A stretch of 64,000 nucleotides of DNA from Emiliania huxleyi CCMP1516 (GCF_000372725.1 NW_005201851.1:327730-391729), one strand, 5' to 3'. Numbered from the stretch's first letter, positions 44,876 through 57,742 are shown. Made by a program: numbers and translations. Notes: generated from the letters alone by a model not told the origin.

Positions 44876-46795
44876 ATGCTCCTCCTCTCGCAGCCCGACG
44901 ACGTCACTGACGCGGACGGTCTGTGCGTCGCCGGCGACGGCCTGCGTGCCTCGCTCCTCGCGCGGCCGCTGGAGCAGTCGTGGTGCTCCGCTGCCAGTGA
45001 TGCAGCCAGCCAGCTGGCGGCCGACCCGAATATGTGCGCCGCTGCGAGCCTCTCCACGCTCCGCGCGCTGCGGGTACCTACCGGCACGCTGGTCGTGCTG
45101 CGCTGTCTCGGCGGGCCCAGTCGACCCGCTCACCTGCATGCATTGCCTCGCGGCGCTGGCGAGGCGCCGAGGTGGCTGTCTGGGCTGTGCGAGGGCGTCG
45201 AGCTGGACCACGCCGAGGACGGTGTGCTCTACCTCTCCCCACTGCTCTGGCGCAACCTTGGCGGCGGCGGCGGCGGCCATCCGATGCCGCCGCTGGCGGT
45301 GCTCGTGCGGCGCGGGAGTGCGGACACCTCCCTGCCTCCTGTCGCTCGGAGAGCCGTCGTGCAGCCGGTGGCGTCGCCCACGCCGCAGCAGTACGGCTGG
45401 CCGCCGCCGCGCGCTCCCGCCGCCGCCGGTGCCGCCGCTGCCGCCGCACTTCGCCGCCACTTTCGCCAGCCGAGGCTCCTCTGCTCTCCTCTGCTCTGCA
45501 GACCCTCTGCAGACGCGTCGTCTCGCGGCCGCCTCCTCACGCCGGCGGCGCGGCGCTGTAGGATCGTCTGCGCGGGAGACGTCTTCGCGGTGCCGACCGG
45601 GGCGGGCAGGCGCGGAGGCGGTGCGTCGGGCGGCGGCGACGAGTCCAGCGACTCGAGCAGCGACGACGAGGCTGCTCGCACCCCGGCGCGCGCCTGCCCG
45701 CACTAGGGCCTGCGAGAAGAGGGCGAGAAGAGGCCTGCCGCCGCTCTGCCGTTGCAGAGGTTGGACTTGCGCGGCCGCAGGCGATCCTCTTCCTGGTCCT
45801 CGAGCTGGACGGGGGCGAAGAGGGCGGCGGGGGCGGCGAGGGCGGCGGGGGCGGCGAGGCAGGGGCGGGCGGACAGCGCAGCGGCGCCCTGCTCGTCGTG
45901 CGCGGCGAGACGGCCCTCGTGCAAGAGGCGGGGAGTGCGTCCGTCGCGCCGCCGGCGGGGCTGCTCCGCTTCGTGGCGAGAGCGCCGGCGCTGCCGCAGC
46001 ACGAGGGGGAGGGCGCCGCGGAGCTGCGCCGCTGCCTCGCCCTCTCGCGGTGGCGGGAGGGGCCGGCGGCGGCGGCGGTGCTGCTTTGCGGGGGCGCAGG
46101 CAGCGGCAAGCGGCGCCTTGCCGAGCAGTGGTGTGACGAGGCGGGCTTGGCCCTGGTGCAGCGCTCCGTCGGCTCGCTGCCCGGCTTGCCCATGCACGCC
46201 GCGGAGAGCGAGGCGACGGCGACGCGGACCTTGCTCGCCCTCGTCTCCGAGGCGGCGGCGCAGGCGGGCGACACCGGCAAGCGTGCTGCTCCTCCGCCTA
46301 GGTGTGATCTGGAGTCTCTTGAGTGACAGCAGGCTGCGACATCGGCAAGCGTGCTGCTCCTCCGCCTAGGTGTGATCTGGAGTCTCTTGAGTGACAGCAG
46401 GCTGCGACACCGGCAAGCGTGCTGCTCCTCCGCCTAGGTGTGATCTGGAGTCTCTTGAGTGACAGCAGGCTGCGACACCGGCAAGCGTGCTGCTCCTCCG
46501 CCTAGGTGTGATCTGGAGTCTCTTGAGTGACAGCAGGCTGCGACACCGGCAAGCGTGCTGCTCCTCCGCCTAGGTGTGATCTGGAGTCTCTTGAGTGACA
46601 GCAGGCTGCGACACCGGCAAGCGTGCTGCTCCTCCGCCTAGGTGTGATCTGGAGTCTCTTGAGTGACAGCAGGCTGCGACATCGACGACCGTGCTGCTCC
46701 TCCGCCGGCTCGACCTGCTGCCGGCAGAGGCCGCCGCCGCCGCCGCTTGGGCCCGCGCGATCAGGGCAATGCTGCAGCACGCGCACGCGCCGGCA

Positions 46796-46845
<50 letters not shown>

Positions 46846-48704
46846 CGTGGTCGTCGTTTGCTCGTGCCGCAATCTCGAGCAGGTGCCTTCACTCATCTGA
46901 GGCATCATGTATTGTGCAGATCTGATCAAGCAACTTCGAGCAGGTCCCTCCGCCGGTGCGCGCTTCTTTCCACGTCGTCGCGCGAGCCGCCGCGCCCGGC
47001 TCTCTGCCTCCCGCCCTGAGGCTGGCGGGGCTCACGGCTGCGCTGCGGGCGCACGGCGCGCTGCGTGGCAGCGAGCGCACCGGCGCCACGGCCGCCACCG
47101 CCACCAGCAACGGATTGGCCACCGCGGGAAACGGCAAGGTGGCGGCGGTGGCGGCGGCGGCGGTGGCCGCGGCGCCGTCGCCAGCGTCTCTCCCTCACCC
47201 GATGGAATGCGCGGCGGCGGCGGCGGCGGCAGCTGCGGCGGCGGAGGAGGAGGAGTCGGCCGCGAGTCGGGAGCGCGAGCTGCTCGCCGCTGCGGCCGCG
47301 GCGGTGGCCGCCGAGCCGCGGCTTACTCCCCGCGATTGGGCGCTTAGTTGCGGTGAGGCGCAGCTGCTTGCGCCTGCGGGCGCCGCCCTTGGCGCTGCGG
47401 AGCTGCGCGAGGCCCTGCGGAGGCGGCTGGCGCGGGAGGGCGACGAGCTCGGGTCGCCAGAGGTTGCGAACGTGCAGTGGGACGACGTGGGCGGGCAGGA
47501 GGAGGCGAAGCGCGCCATCCTCGAGACGATCCAGCTGCCGCTGTCCGCGCCGCACCTCTTCGGCGCCGGGCTGCGGCTCCGCTCGGGGGCGCGGGGCTTC
47601 TGGCTCTCCGCCCCGCCCGCCCGCCTCCGCTTCACACGCTGCGTGCCTGCGAGTAGGTGCTGCTGCACGGCCCTCCCGGCACGGGCAAGACGCTCCTCGC
47701 AAAGGCGGTCGCGTCGCAGTGCGGCCTCCGCTTCCTCTCCGTCAAGGCCTCCTCTTCCGCCTCCTCTTCCGCCCGACACTGCGACTCTCTGCCTCCCCTC
47801 GACCCTCCGAACCCCCCCCCTTCCCCCTTCCCCCTTTTCCCACCCGCCCGCACACACCCCTCGTGTCGCAGGGGCCGGAGCTCATCTCGTCGTACGTCGG
47901 CGAGAGCGAGCGGCGCGTGCGCGAGCTCTTCTCTCGCGCCGCCGCCGCCGCGCCCTGCGTCCTCTTCTTCGACGAGATCGACGCGCTCGCGCCCGCGCGC
48001 GGCGCGGCGGCGGACGCCGGCGGCGTGATGGACCGCATCGTCTCTCAGCTCATGGCGGAGCTCGACGGCGTCCACGCGCGGCGCCACCTCTTCGTGCTCG
48101 GCGCCACCAACCGGCCAGACCTGCTCGAGCCGGCACTCCTCTGGCCGTGGGCCGCATCTCCTCCCGAGAGGGTCTGAGACGACCCGAGCCTGCCCGAGAA
48201 CAGGCGCTCCTCCGGCCGGGCCGGCTCGACGTGCTGGTGCGCGTCGGCCCGCCCTCCACCCCGGCCGAGCAGGCGCAGGTCCTCGCCGCCCTGACGCGCA
48301 AGTTCGACCTCTCGCCCGACGTCTCCCTGTCCGACGTCGCCGCCCGCTGCCCCATCGGCCTCTCCGGCGCCGACTACTACGCGCTCTGCGCCGACGCGAT
48401 GGTGCGCGCCATTCAGGAGGGCCTCCCGGAGGCGCAGGCGGTGGCGGCACAGGACGGCGCCGACGGCAGCGGCAGCGAGAGCGACGACGGCAGCGAGGAC
48501 GACGAGGCGGACGGGGGCCAGGCGGCGGGCGCGGAGGGGCAAGCGGTCACGCAGGCCGAGTCGGTGCCGCCGCCAGTGGTGGCGGCGCGTCACTTTGACG
48601 CGGCGGTGCGGAGCTTGTTGGGCAGCCGCGAGGCGCGACCACGAAACAGCGTGGACGACATGGCTCGACTGCTTCAGGAGGAGATGGCGACACAGAGCTG
48701 CTGA
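44876..48704 (+). CDS. PEX6: Peroxisome biogenesis AAA ATPase PEX6, multi-exon
   Basis: [65 protein letters not shown]...[35 protein letters not shown] and [11 protein letters not shown]; degenerate first Walker A (GGAGSGK). Confidence 0.92.
46268..46705. repeat. 68-bp tandem repeat, 6 copies plus a partial, inside a predicted PEX6 intron
   Basis: Unit GCGACAYCGGCAAGCGTGCTGCTCCTCCGCCTAGGTGTGATCTGGAGTCTCTTGAGTGACAGCAGGCT at 46268, 46336, 46404 and so on. Confidence 0.97.
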
Positions 48705-49010
48705 GGGGTGTGGAGGTGTGTGAGATCTGAGATGTGCGCCGGGCAACGGCCGTAATTGCGCGTAAAAATCTTCGACCGAGAGGGTTGCACAGAGTATTTC
48801 TCCGCGCTATGCACTGCTGAGAGTGCTGTACTGATGTTACGCTGTGTACGAAACTCTACTGTACGTAGTACGACCGAGCCAATTCAGGGACGCAGGACGC
48901 TGCGGCCTGCGCGCGGTTCGCACGTCGGCGGCCGCATCCATGATTTCTCGTCCATGTAACGAGAAGGACAGGCGGGTACCGCAAACCAGCGACGGGCGCG
49001 CGGGGCTCTC

Positions 49011-50740
49011 TCAGAAAGTGGCCCACGATGGCTCCTCCTCCGCCGCCGCCGGCTGGTCTGCGGGCGGCGCCTCCTCCGTGCCGGCCGCGATGCTCGCAGG
49101 CGGCGAGGTGGGCTTCTCGCTGTCCGTCCACGTGAGCGCCACGCGCAGCTCCTTGCCGCCGCCCCGCGCCTGCAGCGGCCGCCACGGCGCGGCCCCGATG
49201 GCGCCGCAAGCCGCGTCCGGCTCGAGCGGCACCGTCGCCCTCCCCACGAGGGAGTGCGGCGCCCAGCGGCGGCGGCGCCAAAAGGAGAGCTCGAGGCTCT
49301 GCAGGCTGTGCGCCTCGAAGGAGAGGTCGGCGCATGCCCACGCGTGTACCGGCCGCAGCGCCTCCTTGTCCGTGCAGACCTGGTCCGCGCAGACCACACC
49401 GCTCCTGCGCGTGCAACGCGTGCACGGGGTGAGTGGCGCGGCGCCGGGGCGCAGGGCAGGCAGGCGGGCGCGGCGTGCTTGCGGCGGCCGCTCGCGCCGG
49501 CCGAAGCGAGGAAGTAGACTGGCCTCCGCTCTCCGCCGCTCGCAAAGAGGCATCGCGCCTCGACAGCGGCGAGCGAGGCGGTGCCGCACCTTCCCCGCGT
49601 GAGCGCGACGCCCGCGCCGCCGCACCGCGCCAGCAGCGCCGCCGCCGTCGGCCGCGCCGTTGCGCTGCGGGTGAGAGCGGCGCGCAGCAGCGAGACGAGA
49701 CCCTCTCTCTGCCCTCCGACGGATGGGAGCGGGCCGAGCGCCTGCTCACACCGCCTCCTGTCAAGGAACGGCCGCGGCCGTGCGCCGCCCTCTCGCAGCG
49801 AGCGCCTCGTCGGACAGCTGCTTCGCCGGCTCATAGCCGAGACAGCCCAGCCGCTCCTCGCCCGCCGTGCCGAAGAGGCTGCGCCTGCGGCGGAGGGGCC
49901 GCAGGAGGGCGACGGTGGGAGTCTGGCGGCGCGGGCGGAGGCGGCGGAAGAGGGCAATGCGGCGAGGGCAATGCGGCGCCCGAGCAGCAGCGCGTACAGC
50001 AGCACTCCGACGGCCCACACGTCAGCCGGCGTGAAGACGGGCTCGCCAGCTCTGAGGTCGTACATCTCGGGCGGGCGGTACTGCGGCGTCGAGGTGCGGT
50101 GGATCCGCTCCTCGGCTTCAGACAGCTCCGGCGGACTCGTGACGCCGTCGACGTAGCGGAAGGGTGCGTCCCGGACGGAGCCAAAGTCGCACAGCTTCCA
50201 GCCGGTCGCCGAGAGGAGCAGGTTCTCGGGCTTGACGTCGCAGTGCGCCCAGCCGTGCGCGTGCAGGTGCGCGAGCCCGCCGCACACCTGAGTGAAGATG
50301 GCGAGGACGCCATCGCCATCGAGCGGGCGCGCCCACGCGCGGCGGCCGACGAGGTACTCGGCGAGGGAGCCCTCCGGACAGAGCTCGAAGAGGAGCAGGA
50401 GCTCCTCGCCGGGCCCGACAAAGCTGGGCCGCCGCACGCTACCCACAGTCGCGAGGAGGTGCGGGTGAGGCGGCAGGTCGGCCATCACCGTCGCCTCGAG
50501 CAGGCAAGCGTCAGCGTCCGCCTCTGGCAGGCCGCCGAGCCGCACGCGCTTGACGGCGAGGCGGCTGGTACTGCCGTCCGGCAGCCGCTCCGTGGCCGCA
50601 AACACGTCCGAGAAGGAGCCCTCGCCGACTTTGCTGCCGAGTAGGACGGTGCCGCCACCGCTGCCCTCGCACTTTTCGCTGCGAGCGGTGAAGGCCGCGC
50701 GGAGGTGCCAGCGAGCGGCGTTGAAGCAGTCGGAGATCAT
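49011..50740 (-). CDS. Ser/Thr kinase, NAK (AAK1/GAK-like) family, with a C2-like C-terminal region; multi-exon
   Basis: VGEGSFSDV, LAVKRV, HCDVKPENLL, KLCDFGS, EERIHRTSTPQYRPPEMYDL and ADVWAVG motifs. Confidence 0.88.
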
Positions 50741-51232
50741 TGGCGCGGGAGAGGCAGACGATTGGATGACGTAGAGCTCCCTCTCACGACACTGGGCACG
50801 GGAAAAGCGCCACACTGGCACTAACACAGGTACACAACCGGGAGCCTCGGTGCGCAGGAGAGGGTGGACGGCGGTCGGAAGACAGCGTCGGAAGACAGCG
50901 TCTAAAAAGAAAAAAACTCCGCTCACAGTAAACCGATCCACCATCGCACGCGCCCCACACCTTCCTCTCGCCAACACATTGGCCCCGCTCTCGCTCTAAA
51001 CAATGCGTGTCGCGATCCACATCACCACCGGCTCGCGGCAGGTATGAGCACAGCCACAGGAGCGTGGTAAACCGAACCCCCCGCTCCCTACCAGATTGGT
51101 TGGACGCGAACCCGGAAGCGAAGCGATCCCGCGCCGAACTCTCGTGGCTTCCCACGTCATGGATACAGTCATGGCACCGATTTATCGTCCGTTGCATTTC
51201 CCGTTTGCGAGCCAACGCGTTCTCGAGACGCG

Positions 51233-51593
51233 CGAGAGAGAGATTTTTAGCAATACCAAACAACTCTAACACTCACACGTCATTTGGGGCCTGGAGCCCT
51301 GTTCACGCGCGCGCGAGACGTGCAGACAGGGTTGCCAGGTGAGAGCGAATGGCGCGGTTCACGCCTCGCACAACAGAGAGAGAGATGCGCTCTGCATGGT
51401 GGGACATAAAAGAGAGCGAGTATTTGGGCGAGTAGGTAGGATCGATTGTTGTTGTTTGTAGGTAGGCCGTGCGGTCGACGCTGCCGCGCGCGACTTTGCG
51501 CGCGAGGCGGCGCAGCTTGAGAACGGCGGTGGGCGAGAAGCCGCCGCCGAACGTCTCGTGGAGCAGCAGGTTGAAGTTGTTGCGCTTTGTTTT
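51233..51593 (-). mobile_element. Second, shorter 5'-truncated copy of the CRE-like RLE element
   Basis: Near-identical to 40050-40374 in reverse orientation; TSD GAGACGCG (51225-51232 / 51594-51601); same AAAAA(TC)n tail. Confidence 0.9.
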
Positions 51594-51913
51594 GAGACGC
51601 GTGTACACGCATCCGAGCCCGCGCCGAGCGCGCGCATGCCATCCATCCTGGTCGCACCCGTCCTTCTCTCGCGATAAGTCCCCTTGGCGGGCGACTTTGA
51701 GCGAGCCGATGCTCAGCGGCGCGATTTCGTAACGCGATGCGCTCAGAGCATGGGGGGTAACCAGTTTCGCACGCCCCGCGAGGTCTCTTGGGTCACAGGC
51801 CCCCCCCCCCCCCCCCGCCGCCGCGGCGGGCCGACGCGCCGTCTTGCCGGCACTTGGAGCACTTGGAGTGCAGTTATCAACCTCACATTTTGACGGCCTC
51901 GCTCGGGCGTTCC

Positions 51914-52671
51914 ATGCTCGCGGCCGTCTCCTCGCACGCTGTGGCGGCGACCGCGACGGCCGGCGCGTGGACCGCCGAGCAGTCAATCTACCGCACCAGG
52001 GCTTGGATCGACACTGCGGTCGTCCGGCTAGGCCTCTGCCCGTACGCGGCCAAGCCGTTTCACGGCGACCGCATCCGGTATGCGGTGAGCGACTGCACCA
52101 GCGACGAGGCGCTCGTCGCCTCCTTCTTCGAGGAGGGACTGCTGCTGCTCGACTCGCCCGAGGAGGAGCTCGCCACGACGATGCTGATCGCTCCAAAGTA
52201 TGAGGGCGGGATCGGCGAGTTCTACTCGCTGTACGAGTGGCTCACCGACCTGCTCGAGAGCGAGGAGGAGGAGGTGCTCGCGAACGGAGTCCAGCCCGCC
52301 TTCTTCCACCCGGCCTGGTCGTTTGACGGACTGCCGGCCGACTCCCCCATCCACTTTGAGAAGCGTGCGCCCTGCCCCGTCATCAACCTGCTGCGCCGCT
52401 CCACCCTCGACCGGACGGTGGAGGCGCGCTGCCTGCGCTCTTCGCTCTCGGCCGCCGCCCCTGCCCACCGCGCCGACATCCCGCCCCGCGTGCGCCCGCG
52501 CAGGAGGGCTTACGGCGAGGCGTCATCGTCAACCAGCAGATCTCGGAGCACAACGCGGCGGCGCTGCAGGCGGAGGGCACGCCCGCGCTGAGCAGGCTCT
52601 TTGACGACCTCGGCGCGCTACAGCTTCACACGGCCGCGGACGAGGGTGGCGCCGACAGCGGTCCGAGATGA
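51914..52671 (+). CDS. DUF1415 family protein; GC-AG intron 52424-52503
   Basis: TRAWIDTAVVRLGLCPYA...TTMLIAP...QPAFFHP...RAPCPVINLLR; splicing restores a C-terminal exon (NQQISEHNAAAL). Confidence 0.85.
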
Positions 52672-53429
52672 ACTCACCATCGACGATCGATATTCTCGTG
52701 TACAAGTCGGTGCGTGTTTGTCTGAGTCATCAAGCTCACTTCTACGTTCTAGACCAAAACGCAAAAGAGGTCACACCCTCGTGTAAAATGTGTGGATTGT
52801 GTGGTCCCTCGGAGCTTCCGCCTTCCCTCGGCTTGTTCCGGCTTAAAAGGGTGGGCCCTGGGGCGCCTGCGGCTTAAACGGCTTATTAAAACCGGCGGCC
52901 TAGGCCGGTTTTAAGAGCTGCTGGGCCGCCGATTCCTTAAACGGTCTTAAACGCTTAAACGGTGCGGGAGAGCTCCCGAGGTCGATGCTCCGGGAGGCTC
53001 CCCGGTAGACGCCGGAGGCCGGGAAGCTGGCTACAGTCAGCTGGCACGCGTCCCCTATGCGAGTATGGCTCCCGCCAGTGCACCAGACTTACAGATGTGT
53101 CTTCAGTGGCGGGTTCGCGCCTAATAACGGCAGTATTGGAGAAACCGGCGCGGAACCCAGCGACGCGTGCCGGTGAGGCCGATTTTCTTAAACGGACTTA
53201 AAAGAGGGACCCCCCGTGCCTGCAATCTCTTAAATGCTATGGCAAGTTAAGCCCCGAGCGATTCTAAGATCAGGTCTGCCACCTCCTCGTTTCTTAAAAG
53301 GTCTTAAAAAAATCTCCTCGTTTCTTAAAAGGTCTTAAAAAAATCCGGCCCTCAGAACCCTAGGGGTACCCTAAGGTAGATGCAGATGTAGATGTGGGGA
53401 GGCGGCCGCTCTGCCTTGTCCTCTCTCTC

Positions 53430-54347
<918 letters not shown>

Positions 54348-54795
54348 GAGGTCTCGTGCGTGCCGAGCTAATCCTCAGAGCAACAATAAGCGACTGTACC
54401 ACGGACGACGGAGCACAGAGCGCAGCAGACAGGACGGCGGCGACGGCGGACATGGCAGAGACGAGTGTGAAACAAAGGGAGGCGGGGATGGAGGGCGGTA
54501 GTGACAGGGATGGTGACGGTGACGGTGGCGAGGGAGAGGAAGGGGGTCCATTTAACACCAGACAGCGAGAGGGGCAGGGAGGAAAGGGGGAGAGAGAGCC
54601 AACGGCGATGCCACCAGCAGCAGGGGACACGATGAACAGGTAGACAACGGCCAAGGCGATGGCGAGGACGAGGAGACACGGGACGATGGCAGGCGAGACG
54701 AGGAGGACGGAGGCGAGGGAAGAGGCAGCGCCGCAGTCGATGATAGTGTCTGACAGAGACCCGTCGCGCTGGGAGGGACACTATCTTGGAGCGCT

Positions 54796-55941
54796 CTACA
54801 TCAAGACTGCGAAAGAAGCGCTTCGCGCCGTCGCCATCGGCGCCACCGCCTCCCACATATTCTCGGCCGGGTTGTACCGCTCGACTGAGCTGAGGAAGCC
54901 GTTGTTGTGGCCGCCCACAGCGTAGAGCTTGCCGTCGAGCACCGCCGCGGCGTGAGCAATACGCACCGTTGCCATCGGCGCCACCGCCTCCCACCCGTTC
55001 GTCGCCGGGTCGTACCGCTCGACTGAGCTGAGGAAGCCGTTGTTGGTGCCACCCACAGCGTAGAGCTTGCCGTCGAGCACCGCCACGGCGTGAGCAAGCC
55101 GCGCCGTTGCCATCGGTGCCACCTCCTCCCACCCGTTCGTCGCCGGGTCGTACCGCTCGATCGAGCTGAGGCTGCCGTCGTTGCCGGTTCCGCTCACAGC
55201 GTACAGCTTGCCGTCGAGCACCGCGACAGCGTGAGCCATCCGCGCCGACGGCAGCGGCGCCACCGCCTCCCACGAATTGGCAGCCGGATCGTACCGCTCG
55301 ACCGAGCTGAGGAAGCCGTCGTCGTCGTTGTAGCCTCCCACAGCATACAGCTTGCCGTCGAGCGCCGCCATGGCGTGAAAGTTCCGAGCCTCCGCCATCG
55401 GCGCCACTTCCTCCCACGCGTTCGTAGCCAGGTCGTACCGCTCCACCGAGCTGGAAGTTGCGCCGTCCTCCTCACTCTGGCCGCCCACCGCGTAGAGCTT
55501 GCCATCGAGTACCGCCATGCGCGCCCTCAGGCGCCCCGACGGCATCGGCGCCACAGCCTCCTCCTCCCACTCACTCGTTGACGGGTCGTACCGCTCCAGC
55601 GAGTTGATGTTACTGCCCCCACCGCCGTAGCCGCCGATCACGAGCATGCGCGGCCTCTCGCGCTTCGGCAGCGTCTCCTTCCAGCCGCGGCGCCACGCGC
55701 GGCACGTCCCCTTGACGGCGTGATCCTTGGTCGGCAGCTGGGCGAGGATGTGCGGGGCGAGGTCCGGCGAGAGGAGGACCTCGGAGAGCACCCACTCGGG
55801 CTGCTCCACGAGCCGTGCGGCGTGCTCCTCCGCCACGCGCATCGCGGCGGCGCTCCAGAGGGGCGCCTGCTCGTCGATGAAGGCGACGAGCTGCTCTGGC
55901 GAGAGGCCAGACAGGCGGGCGCCGATGCGGTGCGAGGGCAT
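54796..55941 (-). CDS. Kelch-repeat protein with an F-box-like N-terminal segment
   Basis: Six repeats of LDGKLYAVGG...SSVERYDP..N.WE.VAPM..R; N-terminal LLSPDLAPHILAQL....VKGTCRAWR. Confidence 0.93.
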   Translation of the reverse strand: MPSHRIGARLSGLSPEQLVAFIDEQAPLWSAAAMRVAEEHAARLVEQPEWVLSEVLLSPDLAPHILAQLPTKDHAVKGTCRAWRRGWKETLPKRERPRMLVIGGYGGGGSNINSLERYDPSTSEWEEEAVAPMPSGRLRARMAVLDGKLYAVGGQSEEDGATSSSVERYDLATNAWEEVAPMAEARNFHAMAALDGKLYAVGGYNDDDGFLSSVERYDPAANSWEAVAPLPSARMAHAVAVLDGKLYAVSGTGNDGSLSSIERYDPATNGWEEVAPMATARLAHAVAVLDGKLYAVGGTNNGFLSSVERYDPATNGWEAVAPMATVRIAHAAAVLDGKLYAVGGHNNGFLSSVERYNPAENMWEAVAPMATARSASFAVLM

Positions 55942-56065
55942 AGACACATTCTCGGCGCGAGTTCAGTTGCGTGGTGCGGTTTTTCTTTTTCAGAAATCAG
56001 CGTATTTTTTTCTTTTTGGTGGCCAGCCGAGGCGCCGAGTTTTCTCAGCGAAAGTCGCTGAGGCG

Positions 56066-57742
56066 ATGTGGGCCCTGACCTTGACGTCGGCCGCGCCGAC
56101 GCCGCTCGCGTCCGTGCCGCTCTACGGCCAGTACGAGATCACCCTCGCCGGTCCGTCCGAGGCCACCGTGGCGAATCCCTTCGAGGTCGAGCTCAGCGCG
56201 ACGTTCACGCACACAGAGCCGCCGACGGGCACTCCGATCGTCGTGGGCGGCTTCTACGACGGCGGCGGCACGTACCGCGTGCGCTTCTCGCCGTCGGCGG
56301 AGGGCGAGTGGAAGTACACGACGGCGAGCAGCGCGGCGGCGCTCGACGGCAGCGGCGGCGAATTCCACGTGGTGAAGAAGGCGGCGGGCGACCGCGGGCC
56401 GGTGTTCTCGAAGGGCTCCGGGCTGTACTATTCCGACTTCACGCCGCACGTGAGCGTCGGCACGACGTGCTACCAGTGGGCTTCGAAGGGCTTCGACATG
56501 CAGGCGCAGACGCTCGAGACGCTGAAGGCGTCGCCGTTCAACAAGATCCGCATGACGACGTTCCCGAAGTGGTACATCTTCAACCGCGCGAATCCCGTCG
56601 AGACGGGCGCGCCGTACGCGATCTCGCCGGGCTCGGCGGCGGCGAACGCGAGCGCGTGGACGTGCGTCGGCGAGCACTGCCCGTCGCTCTCCGGCAGCTT
56701 CGACCTGAAGCGGTTCAACGTGTCGTTCTGGCAGAATTACGACCGGCTGGTCGGCGCGCTGAAGGAGCAGGGCGTGATCGCCGACATCATCCTCTTCCAC
56801 CCGTACGATGGCGGCCACTGGGGCTTCGACTGCATGGGGGGCACCGACGCCGAGAAGTACGACACGGCGCTCGACAAGTTCTACCTCAGGTACGCCATCG
56901 CGCGCCTCGCCTCGAACTCGAACGTGTGGTGGAGCATGGCGAACGAGTGGAGCTTCAACAAGTGCAAAGGACGCGGCGTCAACGAGTCGGCGAAGTCGCC
57001 TCACCCGTCGCCGAGCCCGGTGTGGGACGAGCTCTTCGAGACGCTCGCGGCCGCCGACCCGTACGGCCGCCAGGCGTCGATCCACAACGGCAACCTGCTG
57101 TACAACCACTCGCGGCCGTGGATCTCTCACGTCTCACTGCAAGGAATGGAGGAGACCACGCCGGCGATCCGTCAGAAGTACGGCAAGCCGACGCTCTGGG
57201 ACGAGGTGCGCTACGAGGGCAACATCACGAGCTCGTTTGGGTCGCTGAGCGCCGCCGAGGAGGCCGACCGGTTCTGGTGGGGCGCCGCGCTCGGCGTCCA
57301 CGTCGGGCACTCGGAGACCGTGCTACGCGCAGCCGTCAAGGACGACGATGCGCAGCCGCTGTGGTGGGCCAAGGGCGGCACGCTCGTCGGCGAGTCGCCA
57401 CCGCGGATCGCCTTCTTCAAGCAGCTGTGGGCGTCGACCGGCGCCGACTTTGGCGCGCTCACGCCGGCGCACGCGAGCTACGGCCAGGCGGGCGACCCGG
57501 TGTCCGACACGCTCACGGGCGACAGCGTGCAGCTCGTCAAGTTCCGCCGCCAAGGCACGTGGAACGTGGCGCTGCCCGGCGGCGGCGGCGGCGGCCGCGC
57601 GTGGAAGGCGGTCAGCGTCGACTACTGGGGCATGACGACGACTGAGCTGCCGCTGCCGACGTCGGGCGCGACTGTCGCCGTCGACGTGCACACGCTGCCG
57701 TTCACGCTGCTCTTCACCAAGTCGGCGGCCACCGCCGCGTGA
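56066..57742 (+). CDS. Bacterial-type putative glycoside hydrolase (DUF5060 + DUF4038/apiosidase-like + DUF5605-like)
   Basis: Intronless. NPF.VELSATF..GFYDGGGTYRVRFSP..EGEW.Y, GTTCY.W, SPFNKIRM..FPK, ILFHPYD, NVWWSMANEW, DEVRYEG and WWAKGG.L.GESP.RIAF motifs. Confidence 0.82.
   Translation: MWALTLTSAAPTPLASVPLYGQYEITLAGPSEATVANPFEVELSATFTHTEPPTGTPIVVGGFYDGGGTYRVRFSPSAEGEWKYTTASSAAALDGSGGEFHVVKKAAGDRGPVFSKGSGLYYSDFTPHVSVGTTCYQWASKGFDMQAQTLETLKASPFNKIRMTTFPKWYIFNRANPVETGAPYAISPGSAAANASAWTCVGEHCPSLSGSFDLKRFNVSFWQNYDRLVGALKEQGVIADIILFHPYDGGHWGFDCMGGTDAEKYDTALDKFYLRYAIARLASNSNVWWSMANEWSFNKCKGRGVNESAKSPHPSPSPVWDELFETLAAADPYGRQASIHNGNLLYNHSRPWISHVSLQGMEETTPAIRQKYGKPTLWDEVRYEGNITSSFGSLSAAEEADRFWWGAALGVHVGHSETVLRAAVKDDDAQPLWWAKGGTLVGESPPRIAFFKQLWASTGADFGALTPAHASYGQAGDPVSDTLTGDSVQLVKFRRQGTWNVALPGGGGGGRAWKAVSVDYWGMTTTELPLPTSGATVAVDVHTLPFTLLFTKSAATAA

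Noticed and set aside
46268..46705. CRISPR-like array or small ORFs
   Set aside because: Spacer-less tandem repeat inside a predicted intron; the ORFs are repeat read-through.
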